From positions 44 to 64,043 of the forward strand of contig CALGNK010000027.1 in the NCBI GenBank assembly GCA_937958695.1: a stretch of DNA of 64,000 nucleotides. The letters are read 5' to 3'. Positions 40,409-49,778 of the stretch are shown here, piece after piece. The first letter of the stretch is position 1. The number at the start of each line of letters is the position of its first letter. Source of the stretch: an uncultured bacterium (GTDB taxonomy: Bacteria > DUMJ01). Under the pieces are notes generated by a model. It was not told the DNA's origin, ran no database searches, and was given only the letters and a program-made list of their open reading frames with translations. The position numbers were made by a program, and so were the translations under genes.

Positions 40409-41910
40409 AGCCTCTCTCCTTTTAACTGTTCATCATATAACAATATCTCAGCTATCTCTTTAAACAACGGGGCTGCTGTATCAGAAGCCCACTTACTTAC
40501 TTTTGGCTCATCCAATATCACACCAATTATATATCTAGGAGAATAGGCTGGTAAATACCCCACAAAAGAAACGATATGTCTATCCATAGAATAACATCCA
40601 TCTATGACCTTCTGCGCAGTTCCAGTTTTACCTGCTATTTCTACCCCTTCTATTTTTGCTTTCTTACCAGTTCCATTCTCTACAACATTTACCAACATAT
40701 CGGTTATCTTTCTTGAGGTTTCAGAAGATATAACTTGGTTCAAACAATTATTACTGGACGTGGACTTAACGATTGTTGGTTTCACTATATATCCTCCATT
40801 TGCTATTGGAGCATAACTGGAAACTAACTGTAGAGCATTTACAGCTATCCCCTGACCAAAGCTATTCTGAGTAAGAGAAATGACATCTTTCCTGAGAGGA
40901 AGCATTCCGGATGTTTCACCAGCTATCTCTATGCCCAAGGGAGAGCCAAAACCAAACGAGGTAATATATCTATAGAAGATTTCTGTACCTATCTTCATCC
41001 CAACCTGAGCCATACCTATATTTGAAGAAACCTTGATGATCTCTTTCAGGGTCATATCATAAGACTCTACCTCATGAGGAGCATCTTTTATAGAAACTCC
41101 TTTAATTACAAAAGGTGGCTTACAGTTAAACTTTTCCTCTTCACCGACACACCTCTCCTCTAGGGCAATGGCAGCTACTACTGGTTTAAATGTCGAACCT
41201 GGCTCAAATATATCTTGGATAGCAAAATTTTTAGTCTGAGGAAAGTTTACCATTGCCAAGACTTCTCCAGTCCATGGAGACATAACTATAACAATAGCCT
41301 TATCAAATTTAAGGGATTCCTGACTATCCTCTAGTAGACCATATATCTTCGTCTGTAATATACTATCTATGCTGAGATAGATATCTTTTCCTCCCTTTAA
41401 TATGTTATCTAGGGCTAGCTCTACTCCACTTAAGCCATTATTATCAATATCAACGGTTCCTATAATCTCTCTTATATCATTACTTAGACATACACGTTTA
41501 TACTCTTCCTTCATAAAAAGCGCCCTTCTATTCAAAGATAAAAGCCTATTAGCAGTTTCTAAGTCCAACTTTCTCTCTATCCAAACAAATCTCAATTTCT
41601 CTTTTAATCTATCTATATAAACTTTAGGATCTTTATTTAATATACTTCCTATCTTATTGCCTAGTGTTACTGGATCATCCACCATATAAGGATCTGCAAA
41701 TATAGAATATCTCACTTCATTCATCACTATAACCTTGCCATTTCTATCATATATCCTTCCCCTTTCTACCTGAGTCTCCTCTGGTAGACATTCAAGTCCT
41801 AGCCTCAATCTCCAAATTACATGCCAGTAGAATAGCCCCAAACTTTCTATAATAAAAAACCCTATAAAAACTCCAATTAAGAACTTAACCCTACTAGTCC
41901 TCAATGCCAA
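40405..41910 (-). CDS. ftsI: Class B penicillin-binding protein FtsI/PBP3 (compact)
   Basis: TM, RGRIYDRNG, EPGSTFK, SSN and KTGTAQK motifs; follows ftsL. Confidence 0.9.
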   Translation of the reverse strand: MALRTSRVKFLIGVFIGFFIIESLGLFYWHVIWRLRLGLECLPEETQVERGRIYDRNGKVIVMNEVRYSIFADPYMVDDPVTLGNKIGSILNKDPKVYIDRLKEKLRFVWIERKLDLETANRLLSLNRRALFMKEEYKRVCLSNDIREIIGTVDIDNNGLSGVELALDNILKGGKDIYLSIDSILQTKIYGLLEDSQESLKFDKAIVIVMSPWTGEVLAMVNFPQTKNFAIQDIFEPGSTFKPVVAAIALEERCVGEEEKFNCKPPFVIKGVSIKDAPHEVESYDMTLKEIIKVSSNIGMAQVGMKIGTEIFYRYITSFGFGSPLGIEIAGETSGMLPLRKDVISLTQNSFGQGIAVNALQLVSSYAPIANGGYIVKPTIVKSTSSNNCLNQVISSETSRKITDMLVNVVENGTGKKAKIEGVEIAGKTGTAQKVIDGCYSMDRHIVSFVGYLPAYSPRYIIGVILDEPKVSKWASDTAAPLFKEIAEILLYDEQLKGERL

Positions 41911-42269
41911 TCTTCAGGTAGTATAAGAACTCTATCGCTAGGTTGTAGATTTAGTCTCTTTCCTTCTTCTTTGAGTCGAAAAGGAGAAGTCAGTCTTTCT
42001 ACTTCTAATTTCAGGACTTCGTTCTTGATTGAAAGATTATCTATCGCCTCTTCTAGAGACCTTATCTCTTCTCTGTAAGATACAAGTCCATTATAGAGCC
42101 TTACCTGCAATAAACCTAAGGTAAGTATGCTAGTAAGTAATAGGACTAGAATAAAGGATGATCTTGCCCAAGGATATGTAGCCTTTTTTGGAATAATAAG
42201 CTGATGTTCCTGGGCTTTTTCTAATACTACATCTACATATAAGCTCTTTCTAGCTAAAACTTTACTCAT
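41901..42269 (-). CDS. ftsL: Cell division protein FtsL-like
   Basis: Single TM plus leucine-zipper coiled coil ending L.SP.RL; between rsmH and ftsI. Confidence 0.75.
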   Translation of the reverse strand: MSKVLARKSLYVDVVLEKAQEHQLIIPKKATYPWARSSFILVLLLTSILTLGLLQVRLYNGLVSYREEIRSLEEAIDNLSIKNEVLKLEVERLTSPFRLKEEGKRLNLQPSDRVLILPEDWH

Positions 42270-43147
42270 AACTTCTCTAACCCCCTAAGTCTAGCGCTTC
42301 TTGCTCGCCTATTATTCAATATCTCTTCTCTACTTGGTTTTATGACAGATTTGGTAATAATTCTCTCTCTACTTTCCCTAAAAAAGTTCTTTACAATTCT
42401 ATCTTCTAAAGAATGGTAGGAAATAACACATAACCTTCCTTTTGATTTTAAAAGGGATAATGCCTGAATAAGAGCCTTCTTCAAATTTCCCAATTCATCA
42501 TTTATATATATTCTCAAAGCCATGAACGCTCTAGTAGCAGGATGTATTTTCCCTCTTCGCTTAACTACAGAACTAATTATCTCTGCTAATTCCTTAGTTG
42601 AAGATATCTCTTTCTTTTTTCTATATGCAACGATAGCATCTGCTATCTTATGGGCAAAAGGCTCCTCACCAAGATTTCTAAAGATACTCTCTAATTCTTC
42701 TAAAGAAAAGGTATTAATAACCTGATGAGCTGTTAAAGAGATATCAGGATCCATCCTCATATCTAATGGACCATCATTACTAAAACTGAAACCTCGCTCT
42801 GAATTTTCTAATTGTATAGAAGATATACCCAAATCAAAGAGAATCCCATCAAATCTTTCTATCCCTGTTTTAGAGATAAGTTCTGAAAGATTAGCGAAAT
42901 TTCCCAGAATAAGGGTAAATCTTCCTTTATACTCAGAGAGGACATTCTCCGCTTCACTTATAGCTATAGGATCCCTATCTATACCTACTAGATAACCATT
43001 AGGACTACTATGCTTTAGAATAGCCAGACTATGTCCTCCACCACCTAAGGTACAATCTAAATAAAAGCCTCCTGGTTTTACATCCATCAATTTTATCACT
43101 TCTTCTACCATTACAGGTTTATGGAGAAGTTTAGATTCCAATAGCAT
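42266..43147 (-). CDS. rsmH: 16S rRNA m4C1402 methyltransferase RsmH
   Basis: H.PVM, DCTLGGGGHS, DLGISS.QL, PLDMRMD, HPATR, SYHSLEDR and N.RARSARLR motifs. Confidence 0.97.
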   Translation of the reverse strand: MLLESKLLHKPVMVEEVIKLMDVKPGGFYLDCTLGGGGHSLAILKHSSPNGYLVGIDRDPIAISEAENVLSEYKGRFTLILGNFANLSELISKTGIERFDGILFDLGISSIQLENSERGFSFSNDGPLDMRMDPDISLTAHQVINTFSLEELESIFRNLGEEPFAHKIADAIVAYRKKKEISSTKELAEIISSVVKRRGKIHPATRAFMALRIYINDELGNLKKALIQALSLLKSKGRLCVISYHSLEDRIVKNFFRESRERIITKSVIKPSREEILNNRRARSARLRGLEKL

Positions 43148-43565
43148 TTATAGCATCTCCCATGCCCTTATAGAATTCTCTTGGGTCACCCAAATATTTG
43201 TCCCACAATTCGGCACTCCATACTTCTAGCCTATTAGAAACACCAATAATTACTACTTCCTTCTCTATCCTTGCATATTCTCGAAGATTTTTAGGTATAA
43301 GCAGTCTCCCCTGCGTATCTAATTCATCCTGAACAGCTCCTGAATACCAAAACCTCATAAATTTAAGGATATTGGGATTTGTTAAAGGTAAATTCCTCAG
43401 TTTTTCATCTATCCTATTCCACTCTGCCAAAGAAAAGATAAAGAGCGCATTATCAAACCCTCTAGTTATATAAAGGCCATCCTTCAATAGAGGTCTATAT
43501 CTAGAAGGAATTACAATCCTCCCTTTTTCATCTAAAGTATGTCTTACTTCCCCTGAAAATGTCAT
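43131..43565 (-). CDS. mraZ: Division/cell wall cluster transcriptional repressor MraZ
   Basis: LDEKGRIVIP and LDTQGRLLIP repeats, LEVW. ATG 43565 is preferred because GTG 43592 lies within the operator repeats. Confidence 0.95.
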   Translation of the reverse strand: MTFSGEVRHTLDEKGRIVIPSRYRPLLKDGLYITRGFDNALFIFSLAEWNRIDEKLRNLPLTNPNILKFMRFWYSGAVQDELDTQGRLLIPKNLREYARIEKEVVIIGVSNRLEVWSAELWDKYLGDPREFYKGMGDAINAIGI

Positions 43566-43568
43566 CCC

Positions 43569-43592
43569 CCACTTCTCTCCACTTTGAACCAC
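43569..43592 (-). promoter_or_regulatory. MraZ operator: three GTGG repeats at 10-bp period
   Basis: The minus strand reads GTGGttcaaaGTGGagagaaGTGG immediately upstream of mraZ, matching the known MraZ-binding architecture. Confidence 0.85.
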
Positions 43593-43601
43593 CTTTTTCT
43601 T

Positions 43602-43630
43602 ATGTTACTACTTATGTGTCAAAATTTCAA
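43602..43630 (-). promoter_or_regulatory. Sigma70-type promoter of the dcw cluster
   Basis: TTGAAA-17 nt-TAACAT on the minus strand, just upstream of the MraZ boxes. Confidence 0.55.
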
Positions 43631-43654
43631 TAGGGGTAAACTCTGAAATATTTA

Positions 43655-43663
43655 TGTTATAAT
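43655..43663 (+). promoter_or_regulatory. Extended -10 element for mrp-hslO
   Basis: TGtTATAAT about 40 nt upstream of the GGAGG-preceded ATG 43705. Confidence 0.55.
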
Positions 43664-43704
43664 AGTTCTGTTGGATGTTTAGAAAGAAGATTGGAGGAAC
43701 TTTA

Positions 43705-44478
43705 ATGAATGAAAACATAAAACACAAGATTATAGTACTTAGTGGAAAAGGTGGCGTAGGGAAAAGTACTGTAGCGGTAAATATAGCAGTAGGGTTGGCT
43801 CTAAACGGTTTAGAAGTAGGGCTGATGGATATAGATATACATGGGCCTAATGTCCCAAAGATGCTAGGGATAGAAGGTGCTAAGATTCAAAGTAAGGATG
43901 GCAAGATTGTTCCAATAAATTATGGGGAAAACTTAAAGGTTATATCTATAGGGTTTCTTTTACCAAAACAGGACGATCCAATAATATGGAGAGGTCCATT
44001 AAAGACAAATCTGATAAGACAGTTTATAGAGCAGACAGACTGGGGAAATTTAGACTATCTCATTATAGACTCTCCTCCTGGGACTGGGGACGAACCTTTA
44101 TCTGTAATACAGCTGTTCAAAGGTTTAGATGGAGCGATAATAGTTACAACTCCACAAGAAGTTTCGCTCCAAGATGCAAGAAAAGCCATAAACTTTGCTA
44201 AAGCGTTGAATATACCGATCTTGGGAATGTTAGAAAATATGAGCGGATTTATCTGTCCAAATTGCGGAACAATCACTGAGATATTTAAGTCTGGCGGAGG
44301 AGAAAGAACTGCTCAAGAGATGAATGTTCCCTTTTTGGGTAAAATCCCTATAGAGCCTAATATTGCAATATCTTCTGATGAAGGAAAGCCTTACATCTAC
44401 TTTTACAGTCGTATGAAATCTTCAAATATATTTGAAGAGATTATTAATAAGATAAGAAATAACTTAGAGGCAAGATAG
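43705..44478 (+). CDS. mrp: Mrp/NBP35/ApbC Fe-S cluster carrier ATPase
   Basis: SGKGGVGKST, DIHGP, WRGP, DSPPGTGD, TTPQ and ENMS..CPNC motifs; RBS favours ATG 43705. Confidence 0.93.
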   Translation: MNENIKHKIIVLSGKGGVGKSTVAVNIAVGLALNGLEVGLMDIDIHGPNVPKMLGIEGAKIQSKDGKIVPINYGENLKVISIGFLLPKQDDPIIWRGPLKTNLIRQFIEQTDWGNLDYLIIDSPPGTGDEPLSVIQLFKGLDGAIIVTTPQEVSLQDARKAINFAKALNIPILGMLENMSGFICPNCGTITEIFKSGGGERTAQEMNVPFLGKIPIEPNIAISSDEGKPYIYFYSRMKSSNIFEEIINKIRNNLEAR

Positions 44479-44481
44479 AAA

Positions 44482-45357
44482 ATGGAAGATTACTTAGTAA
44501 AGGCTGCATCTAATGATTTATCCTTTACAGTAAGTATAGCCATAACTACAGAACTTGTAGAAAAAGCCCGAGAGGTCCATGAGACTAGTAAACTAGCTAC
44601 AGCTGCATTGGGAAGAGCCTTAAGTCTTGTTGGAATAATGGGAACAGAGTTAGAGGGCAAACAAACAGTGAGTCTTCAAATCATATCCAATGGACCACTA
44701 AAGGGGCTATTTGTTCAATCTGACGCAAGTGGAAACGTTAGGGGATATATAAAGAATCCATATATAGAACTGCCACCAAACGAGATAGGTAATATTGACG
44801 TAGAAAGCGGAATAGGGAAATCAGGTTATCTATATATAGTAAAAGATTTAGGATTTGGAAGTCCATACATAGGTATCACTCCTCTTATAAAAGGCGGTAT
44901 AGCAACAGATTTAGCTCATTACTTTTATACATCAGAGCAGACACCTTCAGTAGTAGCAGCTGGAGCCTATATAGGACCTAGCGGCAGGGTTGAAGCTTCA
45001 GGAGGAATGATTGGACGTATACTACCAGGGACAGCAATAGATAAAATAGAATTATTAGAGAAAAGGTTAGAAAAACTTCCTCCGTTAAGCGAACTCATAC
45101 GGGAGTTTGAATCTATAGAATCAATATTGAAGATAATCTTTGAAGATATACCCTATATAATACTGGAGAAGAGAAGTATAAGGTATCACTGTCCCTGTTC
45201 TAGGGAACGAGCTAAGACTACACTAATACTTTTAGGAAAAGATGAACTTTCCTCTATAATAGAAGAAGGCTCTGCAGAGGTAACCTGTGTTTTCTGCGGA
45301 AGAAGATACTATTTTGATAAAGAGGAATTAGAAGAGATATTAGCATCTATCGAGTAA
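44482..45357 (+). CDS. hslO: Redox-regulated chaperone Hsp33
   Basis: ATAALGR, VRGY, YF..SEQTPS and the C-terminal CxC...CxxC zinc centre. Confidence 0.95.
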   Translation: MEDYLVKAASNDLSFTVSIAITTELVEKAREVHETSKLATAALGRALSLVGIMGTELEGKQTVSLQIISNGPLKGLFVQSDASGNVRGYIKNPYIELPPNEIGNIDVESGIGKSGYLYIVKDLGFGSPYIGITPLIKGGIATDLAHYFYTSEQTPSVVAAGAYIGPSGRVEASGGMIGRILPGTAIDKIELLEKRLEKLPPLSELIREFESIESILKIIFEDIPYIILEKRSIRYHCPCSRERAKTTLILLGKDELSSIIEEGSAEVTCVFCGRRYYFDKEELEEILASIE

Positions 45358-48196
45358 CCTTAAGAATTATAGATCTTGAAAAATCATCCCATATTCCTAG
45401 ATTAACTATCTTTCCTGGAGAAAGGAGAGACTGTAGTTTCTTTACCGCAGAATCAATATCATAATGGCTCCATCTTCTAATGTCTATATCCCAGAACTTT
45501 ACAGTATAACCGAGTTTATGAACTATATCTAATAAATCTCTATTAAATTTGTTCTGCGGTGGTCTAAAAAGTTTTATCTCTTCGTTTAATATATCCTCAA
45601 AAACTTTTTCTGCTCTTTTCAGACTAGAAATTATATATTCTCTAGGATAAGTTGTATAGTCTATATAATACTCCCCTAATAGACCTATCTTGTATCCCTT
45701 AGTTATCATCTCTTTCACTACATCCTTATGATAGGCTATGGCTTCTGCAGTAAAGAAGAACGTTCCTTTCAATCCTAACCTATCGAATATCTCTAAAATA
45801 TCCCTAACTTCTTCCTTAGGGTATCTAATCTCGAGGGTATACTCTACATAACTAGAATCTGGATTGGAAAATATAACACTAACACTATTAAATTCCCAAG
45901 GAATCTCGTAAAGATAAGCCTTAAGTCTATAATATTCTATACTACCAATCTTTTTATAATTACTATCTAACCAAGTCTTAATCTTCCCTTTCGGATCTGA
46001 ACTATACTCACCAGCCATTATATACCATACCCTTTTATAAGAATAAGTCGCCCTATATACGTCTACTGGGACATTACCAAAACCATCGATAGTAATATGC
46101 GGTAATTTACCCCTATCATAGTAAATAAATGGTCTATACATCTGAGGCGCAGTTATCAAGACCATATCACCATTTAAAGCGTTAGAATGTATATAATTCA
46201 CTAATTTTCGCCAAGGGCGTGATATAAAATCAAGTCTATTATTATAGTTATAGATACCTAATGCATTTATACACATTATAACGAGTAATATTAGGATAAC
46301 TACTGGGTAAAACTTAAACCTTCTAATTCCCCTCGCTAATAATATAAAATATCCAATAACAAATGGGGAAAGATACCTAGCACTAAAGAAACTCTTATCT
46401 AAAGAAAATAGAATCAATAAGAGAAAAGGCACAAATATATACAGGAAAACCAGGACAAAGCCTCTTTTTTCTTTGTATGGTGGAAATAATCCAAATAAAA
46501 ATATAGCTAAAAATAGAAAGAAGAGATAATCTAGTAAATTACCCTTAGCAAATATACTACGGGCATAACCCAGATTTATCTCTAAAAAGGAGTTTTTTAT
46601 AACTTCTAGAGTAAGGCTCTGTTTTCCTTGATATACCTCTGGAGTTCTGCTTTTCAATATTACATACATCCATGGTAAAAAAGCCATCGCTATAATGAGT
46701 TGATAGATCATCCATCTTTTCAATGTTTCTCTTTCTCTAAATTTGACCCAAAGTATATATAGGTTTTGCAGAAGCACAAGAAATACAGAATAGATATGGG
46801 TGTATAGAGACAGGATATTTATAAAAACTATACCCAAAAGAGTTCTCTTTTCGGATCTACATTCATTAATACTCCATATATAGATTAGATATATTGAGAG
46901 AATAGAAAAAAATGTAAGTAAGGGATACATTCTAGCCTCTTGTGAGTAATAGAATTGGAATGGGGAAAGAGCAAATAAAAGAGAAGAGATTATAGCTGTT
47001 ACCTGGTCAAAAACCTTATTAGCGAAGAGATAGATAAGCGGTATGCTTATTGTACTAAAGATAGCAGAAAAAGACCTTAAAGCTATCTCAGAATCTCCGA
47101 ATAACGATATCCAAAAATGGATAAAGATAAAATACAATGGAGGGTGTATCCCTGTAGAAGCCCTATTTAAAACTATATCCCTTATACTGCTCCAGGCAAG
47201 GTTTACAGTAATAGCCTCATCAAGCCAGAGACTTCTTATACCTATATTATAAAATCTTAAAATTCCACCCAATACTGTTATAAATACTGGAACAAGTTTA
47301 TTGTTTGTTAAATTCTTATTTATTGGGAATAATCCCCACAGAGCAGGTAGAGCGGTATTAATCAAAAATATCAAAAATGCTAAATTAAATGCGACAGTAT
47401 CTGGTATTCCAAATCTACCTAAAAGTAAAATCGAAAATCCCTCCCTTACACCCAACCCTCCAACAGTTATAGGAATAAGGTTAGCTAGCATTACTAGAGG
47501 ATATGCAACAAAGATCCCAAGATTAAATGTGTAACCAAAAGCCCTAAGTAAGAAAAGGGCTTCAAAAAGAACAAGGACATAGCTAGCTAACGTAATGGTT
47601 AAACAGAAGAGGATAATTTTTATACTTAAATTTCTGAGACCTTCTAGGAATTGAGGATATCTTTTGAGTACTGGAAGTCTAAAAAGTATAACTAAGCATT
47701 TTGGTTTGAGGATAAAGAAAAGGAATCCAATAGTTACTAAGGTTATTAATATAAAGATATAAGGACCTAAGAAATACCAAATTCCACCTAAAGAAAGAAA
47801 AACTACTATTAGTAGGTCAAAAATCTTATCCCACAAAACCAAGCCTAAGCCTGCAAGTTTTTTATCATTTGGAATCCCAACTATTCGACCAACTTCTCCT
47901 ATCCTGCCTGGGGTTATTATACCTAAAGACATCCCAGACAGATATCCATCTATAGAGGATAAAAGAGAAACATTTGGGTCTAAATTCTTAATCAAAAGAT
48001 GCCATTTATATATCTTAAGAAGTGTAAATAAAAGGCCAATCAAAAAGGCTATAACAAAGAATAAAAGTCTAATCTTAGCAAAAGAGTTTAAAATGGAATC
48101 TAATGGTACCTTTTTAGAGATAAAATAGATTATATAAATGGTAACTAAGAGTTTAGTTAGATTTAACAGTAAGTTCCTTTTTCCCTTCAGCATCAT
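45347..48196 (-). CDS. Fusion protein: LPG-synthase-TM/UPF0104 flippase-like domain + GT-C (PMT_2/GT39/GT83-like) glycosyltransferase + degenerate NodB/CE4 deacetylase-like domain
   Basis: About aa 1-290: TPGRIGE..R and PITVGGLGVRE. About aa 300-765: SLWLDEA, HPPLY, SE..LR and YSQEARMY. About aa 770-949: KGTFF, LFRPP, W.ID..W and L.PG.I. Confidence 0.8.
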   Translation of the reverse strand: MMLKGKRNLLLNLTKLLVTIYIIYFISKKVPLDSILNSFAKIRLLFFVIAFLIGLLFTLLKIYKWHLLIKNLDPNVSLLSSIDGYLSGMSLGIITPGRIGEVGRIVGIPNDKKLAGLGLVLWDKIFDLLIVVFLSLGGIWYFLGPYIFILITLVTIGFLFFILKPKCLVILFRLPVLKRYPQFLEGLRNLSIKIILFCLTITLASYVLVLFEALFLLRAFGYTFNLGIFVAYPLVMLANLIPITVGGLGVREGFSILLLGRFGIPDTVAFNLAFLIFLINTALPALWGLFPINKNLTNNKLVPVFITVLGGILRFYNIGIRSLWLDEAITVNLAWSSIRDIVLNRASTGIHPPLYFIFIHFWISLFGDSEIALRSFSAIFSTISIPLIYLFANKVFDQVTAIISSLLFALSPFQFYYSQEARMYPLLTFFSILSIYLIYIWSINECRSEKRTLLGIVFINILSLYTHIYSVFLVLLQNLYILWVKFRERETLKRWMIYQLIIAMAFLPWMYVILKSRTPEVYQGKQSLTLEVIKNSFLEINLGYARSIFAKGNLLDYLFFLFLAIFLFGLFPPYKEKRGFVLVFLYIFVPFLLLILFSLDKSFFSARYLSPFVIGYFILLARGIRRFKFYPVVILILLVIMCINALGIYNYNNRLDFISRPWRKLVNYIHSNALNGDMVLITAPQMYRPFIYYDRGKLPHITIDGFGNVPVDVYRATYSYKRVWYIMAGEYSSDPKGKIKTWLDSNYKKIGSIEYYRLKAYLYEIPWEFNSVSVIFSNPDSSYVEYTLEIRYPKEEVRDILEIFDRLGLKGTFFFTAEAIAYHKDVVKEMITKGYKIGLLGEYYIDYTTYPREYIISSLKRAEKVFEDILNEEIKLFRPPQNKFNRDLLDIVHKLGYTVKFWDIDIRRWSHYDIDSAVKKLQSLLSPGKIVNLGIWDDFSRSIILKVTR

Positions 48197-49778
48197 ATCT
48201 TCTTATTATTTTTATCTCATTTTTCATTGGCTCTACTACATCAATAAATGTAGATAGGTCTTGTATCTGGAAATACCTAGAAGATGGGATATAGATATAT
48301 GGATTTTCAATTCCAACGATAAGCCTTTCTATATCCTCAGGAGAATTAACAGTATCTTCTATTGTAATACAGGTATCAGATATCTCTATATTTCTATTTA
48401 CCTGAATATCACTCCTAGATTTATATGTTATAAGCATCCTTCTAAGTAAGTTCTTTATCTTAAGGCTCAGAGATGTAAATCTTCCTAGTGTAAACTGGAA
48501 TAATCGAGAAAGTATAAATTCTTTAGATCCCATAGTCTTGTAAGATAGCTTTAACATATTGGTTTTAACTGATATTTTCCCTTCTCTTATGTTGAAGGTC
48601 TCTTCCTGCCTAAGCCATCCGCTAGAATAGAGATTATCTCCAATCTTTACAATAACTCCACTATCATTGATAGAAAGGCCACTTTTCCTAATAGTTAATC
48701 TAAATACTCCACCCTTTTTCAGGTTAGAGACAAAGTAGAAACTCTTATTACTTATGATAAGTAGCCCTGAATTCCTAAAGAATTTGTTAAACTCGCTTTC
48801 ATACAGAGGGGGTAATAGATTCCCATCATATATATCCATATGTGCCTGTAAGTACGTATATCCTATATAAGAGAGATACCTATCATCTAAATTATACGGA
48901 CCTATTGTCCCTCTTTTCTCTAAAGAATTCCTTAGTACAAAAGCTATTCTCCTTGCATTTTCGTTCCAATGGCTCGAATACTCTATCCCAGATGGTATTA
49001 TATATTTGGTATTTCTAGATCCATACTCTCCACCAAAGGTTCCATCTGGATGGATAAAATAGGCAAGAAATTCTAGCGCTTTATCTATCATATCCCTAGC
49101 TAATAAATCTTTTGATTTATAATGATACTTACAGAGATAATCTATAGCTAGAGATAGATATCCTATATCTGGTCCTCCATACTCAGGAAACCATCCTTCG
49201 CTATTTTGTCTCTCTCTTAATTGTTTTAACTTCCCAATAGCTCCATCCTCATACTTCTTCTCACCAGTAATAAGGTAAACATTATATAGCGCAGAAACAG
49301 AACCTGCCACTTGGTTACAGGCAGTAAAATCTGTATATGACAGTAACCAGTCGGAAGCCTTCTTAAGACCTATTACAACTTCATTATAAGAAGGAACTTC
49401 TCTACCAAGTATCAATAGTGCCTCTGAAACCGCATAAGTGGTAAAGGCAGTAGCAACAAAACTATGCTCATTTGGATACCATTCATTAAAAGAACCATCT
49501 TTATTCTGTATCTTGAGCCAGAATCTTAGTGCTCCATCTATCCAGCTAAAGATACTCTCTCTTTTATAATAGATATTGTTAGGGAAATCATATTCATAGA
49601 GTAAAACTAAAGTAAGAACAGCCTCTTGAAACCTAGAACAGGAAAAATCTACCACATTATAGTGCCAAAACTGCCTATCAAAAGAACCAAATGTTGGACT
49701 ATTGGGATTTTTGTCTAGTAAACCTAGTAACCTCGGTATCTCTTTTAGAATAACATCTAAATATACACTACTCTTCAA
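48153..49778 (-). CDS. Uncharacterised protein, predicted alpha/alpha-toroid plus beta-rich C-terminus (heparinase II/III- or prenyltransferase-repeat-like)
   Basis: QW-like repeats QNKDGSF, QNSEGWF and HPDGTFGG; aromatic-rich; translationally coupled to both neighbours. Confidence 0.55.
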   Translation of the reverse strand: MKSSVYLDVILKEIPRLLGLLDKNPNSPTFGSFDRQFWHYNVVDFSCSRFQEAVLTLVLLYEYDFPNNIYYKRESIFSWIDGALRFWLKIQNKDGSFNEWYPNEHSFVATAFTTYAVSEALLILGREVPSYNEVVIGLKKASDWLLSYTDFTACNQVAGSVSALYNVYLITGEKKYEDGAIGKLKQLRERQNSEGWFPEYGGPDIGYLSLAIDYLCKYHYKSKDLLARDMIDKALEFLAYFIHPDGTFGGEYGSRNTKYIIPSGIEYSSHWNENARRIAFVLRNSLEKRGTIGPYNLDDRYLSYIGYTYLQAHMDIYDGNLLPPLYESEFNKFFRNSGLLIISNKSFYFVSNLKKGGVFRLTIRKSGLSINDSGVIVKIGDNLYSSGWLRQEETFNIREGKISVKTNMLKLSYKTMGSKEFILSRLFQFTLGRFTSLSLKIKNLLRRMLITYKSRSDIQVNRNIEISDTCITIEDTVNSPEDIERLIVGIENPYIYIPSSRYFQIQDLSTFIDVVEPMKNEIKIIRRYDAEGKKELTVKSN

